The translations under genes were made by a program, and so were the position numbers. The notes under the pieces were generated by a model, which saw only the letters and a program-made list of their open reading frames with translations, had not been told where the DNA came from and ran no database searches. A stretch of 64,000 bases of DNA, taken from positions 213,015-277,014 of the forward strand of contig CBDBFU010000012.1 in NCBI GenBank assembly GCA_965205025.1, written 5' to 3'. Source of the stretch: Candidatus Poribacteria bacterium. GTDB lineage: Bacteria; Poribacteria; WGA-4E; WGA-3G. This document shows, in pieces, positions 52,001 to 59,198 of the stretch (position 1 is the first letter of the stretch; each line of letters begins with the position of its first letter).

Positions 52001-52392
52001 TGGCAGTTGTCACAAATGAAAATGCTGGTTCTGATGGAGACATCTTCTCACACTGCTTCAAGTTAATGGACTTAGGAAAACTTATCGGAAAACGTACATG
52101 GGGCGGTGTAATTGGTATATCTCCACATCAAGGCTTCGTTGATGGAGGATCAACAACCCAACCCGAATACTCATTCTGGTTTGTTGATGTTGGATGGAAC
52201 GTAGAAAACTATGGAACCGATCCTGACATAGAAGTAGACTATCGACCACAAGACTATACCACAGACAGCGATCCACAACTCGATTGTGCAATTGAACTCC
52301 TGCTACAGGAAATGGAAGAGAATCCACCACAACTCCCAGATTTCGGTGACCGTCCACGTCTTACACTTCCAACTTTACCCAAAGCAGAATAG
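49087..52392 (+). CDS. Tricorn-protease-like S41 peptidase (N-terminal beta-propellers plus C-terminal S41 domain) with an acidic/Lys-rich low-complexity insert
   Basis: '[35 protein letters not shown]' is a tricorn-type N-terminus. PD40-like '[10 protein letters not shown]' and '[10 protein letters not shown]'. Insert '[44 protein letters not shown]'. 1101 aa. Confidence 0.75.
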   Translation: [1101 protein letters not shown]

Positions 52393-52463
52393 TAGTTTCC
52401 AGTTAGATCTACTTCGTAAGGTATATAACTCAATTATTATCTCAAGGTTTAACCAGAGAACAG

Positions 52464-55400
52464 ATGCGAAAACTTTTTGCTCCACGATGTAGTGTTCTGA
52501 TTTTCTTTTGTTTCTACATTGCCACTGCACATGCCCAAGATAGGGTTCCCACTCATCCCGTTGATGGCACTTTCATCAAAGAGTGGTTGGTGCTGGGTCC
52601 CTTCTTTCCAGAGGATTTGGAGACCGATTTCCTCGCGTCAGTTAACGGCGAGGTTCTTGTTAATCCCAAACCCGGCGATACAGTGACCACCGCTGATGGA
52701 AAGATGTTGACTTGGACGGTATACCGTAGCAAAGGAAACCTTTTCAATCTGCTTCATGCTGTTGGAAACCATCGAGAGGCGGTCTGCTATACTTTCTGCC
52801 TATTGGAAAGCGATCGAGGTGGTGATGGAGAGTTTCTTGTCGGCAGTGATGATGGCGTTGTGGTTTTTCTCAACGGTCAGAGGGTACACACACAGCCAAT
52901 TAGGAGACCTATGGTCGTAGATGAAGATAGGGTCGCTGTTTCATTGCGCCCAGGCAAAAACCGCTGTCTGATGAAGGTCTCAAACGGGTACCAGAATTGG
53001 GCATTAACAGCGCGTGTTTTTCCATCTACTCGTGCAGTGATAGCAGGCGTCATTTCCAATGAAACAGGGAAGACCTTATCCAATGCCATCGTGAACCTGT
53101 GGCAAGGCAGGACCCTGATTGCAAAAACAGAGACCGACACCAGAGGGAATTATCAGTTTTCGGTCTATCCAGCAAGTGGACACTATGATATTCAAGCCAC
53201 CCACGGGGACAGAGGCACTTGGAAGATAGATGTACAACTTTCTACTGGTGTGCGGGTAAACATGAACTTGACTTTACAGAAAGCTATCAGTATCTCTGGG
53301 CACCTGCTAACGCTTGATAATACCCCACATGTTGGTGTCCTTGTGGAAGCATTATCTCTTGGCGAGAGTGGGCCCCGCCAAAGGAGGGTAACGACCTTTT
53401 CAGATAGAGTAGGAAGATATAAATTCATCAACCTGGAACCTGGATCGTATCAATTACGTTGCCACACCTCGGGCGCGTATAGCAGTTTTCAAAAAATAAT
53501 TGTCTCCGTTAGTTCCGAAAAAACTGAGAATATTGGTTTCAGTTTTCCTCCTTTCAAACATGGGACATGGAAAAACTACACTTATCTGGATGGATTGAAA
53601 GATAACTTTATTGAGTCGATTTACCAAGACCGAGACGGTTTTCTTTGGTTTGGGACGCTCAGTAGTGGTGTCTCTCGGTACGATGGCGAAAGGTTCGCCA
53701 ACTTCACCACGGATGATGGTCTTGCATCCGACTCTATCCGATGGATCCATGAAGACAATGCGGGACACCTCTGGTTTAGCACTTGGGGAGTTGGCGTTTC
53801 TCGGTATGATGGCGAAGAGTTTATTAACTTCACCACGGATGAGGGACTCGCATCCAACTTTGTCCGGGCGATTCATCAGGACCGGGAGGGTTACATCTGG
53901 TTCGGGACATACGACGGCGTTTCTCGGTACGATGGTGAAAAGTTCGTCAACTTCACCACAGATGAAGGACTCGTATCCAACTTTGTCCATGCGATCCATG
54001 AAGACAAAGCGGGACACCTCTGGTTTGGCACTTGGGAGGTTGGCGTTTCTCGGTATGATGGAGAAGAGTTTATCAGTTTCACCACGGATGAGGGACTCGT
54101 ATCTAACTCTGTAGCGACGATTCATCAGGACCGGGAGGGTTACATCTGGTTCGGGACAAACGACGGCGTTTCTCGGTACGATGGTGAAAAGTTTGTAAAC
54201 TTCACCACAGATGAGGGCCTCGCATCCAACTTTGTCCAAGCGATTCATCAGGACCGGGAGGGTTACATCTGGTTCGGGACAAGCGGTGGTGCTTCTCGGT
54301 ATGATGGCGAAAAGTTTGTAAACTTCACAATCGGTAAGGGGCCCGCATTTAACGTTGTGACGGCGATCCATCAAGACCGTGAGGGTTACATCTGGTTTGG
54401 AACAGAGGGCAATGGGCTTAGTCAATACGATAGCAGCGGGGTAATCAACTACACGACTTCTGATGGGCTCGTAGACAATCTTGTTTACACAATTTATCAA
54501 GACCATGAAGGGTACATCTGGTTTGGAACCAGGGGCGGAATTAGTCGATATGATGGCGAAAAGTTTATCAATTTTACAACCGATGCTGGACTCGTACACG
54601 ATTTTGTAAATTCGATCTATCAAGACCGTGAGGGGTACATCTGGTTCGGGACACAAGACGGAGTCTCCCAATACGATGGCGAAAAGTTCGTCAACTTCAC
54701 AATTAATGACGGACTCCCAAGCAATTCCGTATGGGCGATCTATCAAGACCATGAGGGTTACATCTGGTTCGGGACAAATGGTAGTGGGGTCTCTCAATAT
54801 GATGGTGAAAATTTTATTAACTTCAATACCGAAGACGGATTGGCACAAAATTATGTGATCTCAATTTATCAAGACCGTGAGGGTTACATCTGGTTCGGGA
54901 CAAACAACGGCGTTTCTCGGTACGATGGCGTAGAGTTCGTCAACTTTACCACGGATGCGGGGCTTGCATCCAACTTTGTCTATGCGATCCATGAAGACAA
55001 AGCGGGACACCTCTGGTTTGGAACCACAGGCGGCGAGGGGGTCTCCCGATATGACGGTGTGAATTTTGTCAACTTCACAAACACTGATGGACTCGCGCAA
55101 AATGATGCAACCTCGATTTACAAAGACCGAGACGGTTTTCTCTGGTTTGGGACGCTCAGCGGTGGTGTCTCTCAATATGACGGGACCGCCTGGACATCTT
55201 TAGATACGCGAGATGGACTCATAAGTGATCAGATTTCAAAAATTTATCAAGACTCAGATGGAAGGTTCTGGTTTGCAACGCTTGATGGGGTGTCCCAATA
55301 CAACCCGAATCGCGTTCCACCGCGTGTGCGGATCGTTTCAGTTCAGAGCCACAAGACATCTGCACAAACTGAATCTCTTAAGACAATTAAGGACATTATG

Positions 55401-56501
55401 ACCGATACTCGTGTAACTATCAAGTATAGTAGTATTGACTTCAAAACCCTAAAAGAAAAACGACAGTATCGAGTTCGCATCAAAGAGATTGACGCTGATT
55501 GGCGTAAACCAACACTATCGGACACCCTTAATATCAGCTTTGATAAACCGGGAACTTATACTTTCGAGGTCGTTGCAATTGACCGTGACCTAAACTACTC
55601 TAACCCGGCAAGCTTGACGTTGACTGTTGTGTTACCGTGGTATCAAAATAAGTGGATTCTCTATCCTTTAGGTGGAGCGATTGTTGTGTTAATGTTACTT
55701 TGTGGTACCTTTGTGTATCGTTACTACCAGCAGCATCAACAAGTTTTAGCCTATCAGCGGGAAGCGGTTTCTGAACTCGCTGATGCACAAGAGATGCAGA
55801 TGGGATTAATACCGCAAACCCCCCCTGAGGTCCCAGGATTTGAGATTGCAGGAGTCTGTATCTCTGCCCGTACCGTCAGTGGGGATTTTTTTGACTATGT
55901 TCCGCTCAGCAACGGAACGCTTGCGGTTGTGCTGGCAGATGTCGCCGGTAAAGGTATGAAGGGGGCAATGAATGCTATTTTATCTTCTGGTGCACTTTAT
56001 TCTGTGGCGCAGTTGGAAATGTCTTCATCTCAAATGTTGTGGGCATTGAACCAGAATCTTTATTCTCGATTTCAACGATATACTAATTGTGCTATGGCGA
56101 TACTGACAATTGACCCAACGGATAAGACGTTTAAATATGCTAACGCCGGAATTCCTTATCCTATGATCAAACGTGGTGAAGGTGATGTTGAAGAAATATC
56201 AATAGATGGACTCCCATTGGGCGCGTTTAAATCATCTGAATATGAAGAAACACCATCCGTTGAACTGAAGTCTGGAAATTTAATAATCCTTTTCAGTGAT
56301 GGCATTACCGAAGCATCTCAAAGAGACAATTCTGACCAACTTTACATGGAAACCGACCGCTTGACATACCTTATCAAAGAACTGGATAAAACAATGAACG
56401 CAGAAGCGGTGATAGATGCGATTATTAACGATGTTCGTGATTTTTCTGGTGACACTCAACAGAACGACGACATGACTATTGTAGTTATCAAAGCATTGTA
56501 A
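52464..56501 (+). CDS. Membrane-anchored sensor: periplasmic CarboxypepD_reg-like domains, about 18 Reg_prop (two-component regulator propeller) repeats, a Y_Y_Y-like Ig domain, one TM, and a cytoplasmic PP2C/SpoIIE-type Ser/Thr phosphatase
   Basis: Signal peptide. About 18 x 'GYIWFGTxxGVSRYDGEKFVNFTTDEGLxSN'. TM 'ILYPLGGAIVVLMLLCGTFVY'. SpoIIE-like 'SGDFFDYVPL...LADVAGKGMKGAM...FSDGITEA...NDDMTIVVIKAL'. No histidine-kinase motifs. Confidence 0.8.
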   Translation: MRKLFAPRCSVLIFFCFYIATAHAQDRVPTHPVDGTFIKEWLVLGPFFPEDLETDFLASVNGEVLVNPKPGDTVTTADGKMLTWTVYRSKGNLFNLLHAVGNHREAVCYTFCLLESDRGGDGEFLVGSDDGVVVFLNGQRVHTQPIRRPMVVDEDRVAVSLRPGKNRCLMKVSNGYQNWALTARVFPSTRAVIAGVISNETGKTLSNAIVNLWQGRTLIAKTETDTRGNYQFSVYPASGHYDIQATHGDRGTWKIDVQLSTGVRVNMNLTLQKAISISGHLLTLDNTPHVGVLVEALSLGESGPRQRRVTTFSDRVGRYKFINLEPGSYQLRCHTSGAYSSFQKIIVSVSSEKTENIGFSFPPFKHGTWKNYTYLDGLKDNFIESIYQDRDGFLWFGTLSSGVSRYDGERFANFTTDDGLASDSIRWIHEDNAGHLWFSTWGVGVSRYDGEEFINFTTDEGLASNFVRAIHQDREGYIWFGTYDGVSRYDGEKFVNFTTDEGLVSNFVHAIHEDKAGHLWFGTWEVGVSRYDGEEFISFTTDEGLVSNSVATIHQDREGYIWFGTNDGVSRYDGEKFVNFTTDEGLASNFVQAIHQDREGYIWFGTSGGASRYDGEKFVNFTIGKGPAFNVVTAIHQDREGYIWFGTEGNGLSQYDSSGVINYTTSDGLVDNLVYTIYQDHEGYIWFGTRGGISRYDGEKFINFTTDAGLVHDFVNSIYQDREGYIWFGTQDGVSQYDGEKFVNFTINDGLPSNSVWAIYQDHEGYIWFGTNGSGVSQYDGENFINFNTEDGLAQNYVISIYQDREGYIWFGTNNGVSRYDGVEFVNFTTDAGLASNFVYAIHEDKAGHLWFGTTGGEGVSRYDGVNFVNFTNTDGLAQNDATSIYKDRDGFLWFGTLSGGVSQYDGTAWTSLDTRDGLISDQISKIYQDSDGRFWFATLDGVSQYNPNRVPPRVRIVSVQSHKTSAQTESLKTIKDIMTDTRVTIKYSSIDFKTLKEKRQYRVRIKEIDADWRKPTLSDTLNISFDKPGTYTFEVVAIDRDLNYSNPASLTLTVVLPWYQNKWILYPLGGAIVVLMLLCGTFVYRYYQQHQQVLAYQREAVSELADAQEMQMGLIPQTPPEVPGFEIAGVCISARTVSGDFFDYVPLSNGTLAVVLADVAGKGMKGAMNAILSSGALYSVAQLEMSSSQMLWALNQNLYSRFQRYTNCAMAILTIDPTDKTFKYANAGIPYPMIKRGEGDVEEISIDGLPLGAFKSSEYEETPSVELKSGNLIILFSDGITEASQRDNSDQLYMETDRLTYLIKELDKTMNAEAVIDAIINDVRDFSGDTQQNDDMTIVVIKAL
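53560..55200 (+). repeat. about 87-bp periodic, near-identical nucleotide repeats encoding the Reg_prop array
   Basis: 'gagggttacatctggttcgggaca' recurs about 8 times. These repeats generate the spurious 464-aa antisense ORF 53454..54848. Confidence 0.85.
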
Positions 56502-56559
56502 AAACCGTTACGATATTTGGTTTGTTCTGTTGTGTCTTCCCTCTATTGTAGTTATCAAT

Positions 56560-56615
56560 TACAGTAAATTTCAAAATTACTTATACATTCGTAGGGGCTG
56601 GGTTCACCTTGTCCT
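56560..56615. repeat. Core of the same repeat, copy D
   Basis: 'cattcgtaggggctgggttcaccttgtcc'. Confidence 0.4.
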
Positions 56616-56992
56616 TCATTGCCAGAAATATCTTTGGCAATGTTGCCATCATTTTTATCTAATAGGTAAACCGCCTCAATGGTATCCTAAGGTAGAAGTC
56701 TGTTGGTTTTAAATGAGGATACAAGTTTTACCCTGGTAAGCCAATAAAAATCAGTCTGATTCTCATTGACAACAGGGTTATTTAGTTTTCAATTTTTTGG
56801 GCGTTTTTTATCACAGTTGTTAATAATCTATAAAATAGCAGATATAGTGTGACTTTTCACACCATATCTGCTATGATTCACCTTAAAACAATCACTTTTT
56901 AAGGTGAATATTGACAAAAAGAAAATCTTGCCACTTGGTAGATATGTTAGTAGAAGTTTTGACCCACGCAACAAGAAAGGAAACGACATCCG

Positions 56993-57420
56993 TTGAAGTC
57001 AATACTCGGTCTCCTCGTTGTTGGACTTATTGTGGGCATAAATAAATATCTGGACTGGGCGGGGGAGTATCACAAGTATTCCAAATATCGCTATATCTAC
57101 AAAGACCTAAACACAAGAGAAGAAAAACATAAAATCCACTATGGGATTACAAGTCTGTCCCCTGAGAAAGCGTCAGCAGAACGCTTACTATCTTTACGGC
57201 GTGGACATTGGTCAATAGAGAACAAGTCGCACTGGATGCGGGACACGCCCCTTGGAGAAGATTCATCACCTGTCTGATCTGGTGCTATTCCACAAGTCAT
57301 GGCAGCATTGCGAAATACAGCATTATCCGTATTCCGGTTCATAGGAGCTACACGGATTGCTGATATGATGAAATATTATGCTTCAAATCCTAAAATCGCA
57401 GTAAACATCATAAAATGAGA
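56993..57420 (+). pseudogene. Degenerate C-terminal fragment of a DDE transposase (IS4/ISAs1-type 'HWSIEN' family) with an in-frame TGA
   Basis: '...ITSLSPEKASAERLLSLRRGHWSIENKSHWMRDTPLGEDSSPV*SGAIPQVMAALRNTALSVFRFIGATRIADMMKYYASNPKIAVNIIK*'. The TGA at 57275-57277 is in frame. The N-terminal about 250 aa of a normal transposase, including the DDE residues, is absent. Other genes in this window use TGA as a stop. Confidence 0.6.
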
Positions 57421-57546
57421 AGTCTTAAAACTAAATAACCATGAAAGGGCAGGCTATTATGTTTTCAAATATTATAAGAAATGTTATGATATCAATCAGT
57501 AATTAGAAGCGATTCTGAAAATACTCATATTATAGGAATAGAATAT

Positions 57547-59184
57547 ATGAATGAACAACTTTCCCATCCTTTTATAAATGATGCAGCATTTAGAGACGCT
57601 GAAAAACGTGTTTTGGGAAATATTCTCACACAATTTGAAGAACTATCCAATGATGAGCTTGAGGAATTAGTTAAAACGAATGTGGAATTTCTTGGAAATG
57701 ATCATATCCGGAAGATTATTGGAAGTACTTATAACAAAGAAATAGAATCCGTTGAATATACTATTGGAAGTGCTAATTTTAATGAGAAGATCCTATCGAA
57801 TGCCTGTGCAAAGATGGAAGGGAAATGGGTAATTTCGGTAGATGAATCAATGGTGGATACAGAGAGTTTTGTCGGTGAAGTCGTATACAGACATAGTTGT
57901 GCATTCGGATATAAAATCCCAAAAACCTTGGATGAAGAAATTGTACCCAAGGAAGAGAGGATACTGGCAGTTTCATCAATTCTACGACTCCAAGATGAGG
58001 AAGATTTTGATAGAAAAATGGCACTCTTAACCTACATGCTCAACCTGTATGTTGCTTATTATACAGCAAAGATTCTTCAGTCATTGAATCAACCTATATA
58101 CGCTGTGATTTTACATGGACCTCTAATTCGGTTAATTGCCCCGTTTTTGAATCTTCTTTTTCGGAAGGAGGATATCAAAAAAGTCGTTACTGCTGATACT
58201 GAACCGCTTATAGATACTACTGATGAGATAAAAACGATTGCTTGTGGCGACTTGCTAGATTTAATAGTGGATGATCCAATTTATCAAGGTATCTCAGAAC
58301 AATTTATTGGATTATTTCCCAGAGAAAGATTGCAAAATGTGAAAGAAAGATTAGATAAAGGTGAAATAATCGGGATTGGATTTTATTTTTCTTTGCTCAG
58401 AAAATTGTCAGACTTAGCTAAAGAGATGAATTTTCACCTGATCAGTTGTGTAGATAATGCCACTTCAACAGAGTATTCAAAATTATATGTCCAGTATCAA
58501 ATTGAGCGTTTCGGGCAGGATTCTATTAACCAGGAAATCCTTCGCAAATTATTTGCAGCTTACGGTGTAAACTTTAGCAAGCAGTTCATAAAGGAAAGGT
58601 TTCGAGACTTAATTGACAAATCAGGTTGGGATGATGAAATGATTCATGCTTTTTCACTGAAATTTGATAATGAAAAGTCAATAGAATCCGAATTTACTCA
58701 ACCTGTGCCGATCCGGAGATATTTTACAGGTGGTAAAAATCAGGATATATTCGGGTTTAGGTTTGGTTCTGCATTTATTTCTGAAGATCCGTCACGGGAA
58801 ACTTTAATCAATCAGATTATAGATACTCTGTACCCGTTTAAAGACTACAGAATGTTAATGAGTTTTGTCCGTACAAGTGCTCTTAAGGCTCCAATTCGGG
58901 TGGAATTCCTTGAACAAGGAGGGGAAGATAATTGGAAAGAGGTATTGGCCTCAATCTATATTTCAAGTCTTCCGTACGGCAGTTATGGGTTACCAATATT
59001 CTTGTATTATGCAGATAAAATGGTGCGGATGCCGAAAGAAATTATATCAGTTGTTACTGAATCATACCTTGTTGAACAAGCAACGAGAGCATTGCATCAA
59101 ATCGGTTTGAGTGATGTAAAGTTAAAGGATGTCTTTTTAGGGGTCACGCAAAAGTTTAGAAGAGATTTCTATGAGCGAGGGTGA
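57547..59184 (+). CDS. Hypothetical 545-aa protein, first gene of the HerA/TGT cassette; tentatively NurA-like (RNase-H-like nuclease)
   Basis: ATG start. The TGA stop overlaps the upstream GTG of the next gene. There is no unambiguous motif. 'KWVISVDESMVD' (about aa 95), 'AVILHGPLIRL' (about aa 185) and 'HLISCVDNATS' (about aa 300) resemble the spacing of the acidic motifs of NurA-type nucleases, but this is weak. Confidence 0.7.
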   Translation: MNEQLSHPFINDAAFRDAEKRVLGNILTQFEELSNDELEELVKTNVEFLGNDHIRKIIGSTYNKEIESVEYTIGSANFNEKILSNACAKMEGKWVISVDESMVDTESFVGEVVYRHSCAFGYKIPKTLDEEIVPKEERILAVSSILRLQDEEDFDRKMALLTYMLNLYVAYYTAKILQSLNQPIYAVILHGPLIRLIAPFLNLLFRKEDIKKVVTADTEPLIDTTDEIKTIACGDLLDLIVDDPIYQGISEQFIGLFPRERLQNVKERLDKGEIIGIGFYFSLLRKLSDLAKEMNFHLISCVDNATSTEYSKLYVQYQIERFGQDSINQEILRKLFAAYGVNFSKQFIKERFRDLIDKSGWDDEMIHAFSLKFDNEKSIESEFTQPVPIRRYFTGGKNQDIFGFRFGSAFISEDPSRETLINQIIDTLYPFKDYRMLMSFVRTSALKAPIRVEFLEQGGEDNWKEVLASIYISSLPYGSYGLPIFLYYADKMVRMPKEIISVVTESYLVEQATRALHQIGLSDVKLKDVFLGVTQKFRRDFYERG

Positions 59185-59198
59185 AAGGAGAAAAGAGA

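Noticed and set aside
53454-54848. 464-aa ORF on the minus strand inside the Reg_prop sensor gene
   Set aside because: Same artefact. It is antisense to the 87-bp periodic repeats, and the translation is itself periodic ('CPEPDVTL...'). The sense strand encodes a coherent multi-domain protein with signal peptide, TM and PP2C domain.
56835-56919. Two consecutive hairpins as terminators of the sensor gene, or as IS terminal inverted repeats
   Set aside because: They lie 330 bp downstream of the sensor stop and 75 bp upstream of the transposase fragment. Without a second matching end I cannot call them IS termini, and they are too far from the upstream gene to call terminators confidently. They are left unannotated.
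57270-57280. In-frame TGA in the transposase fragment as evidence of UGA recoding (code 4/25 or selenocysteine)
   Set aside because: TGA is used as a normal stop by several well-supported genes in the window, for example gene A at 59182-59184 and the 35654..36373 gene. The transposase is also truncated at its N-terminus, so a nonsense mutation in a decaying IS is the simpler explanation.
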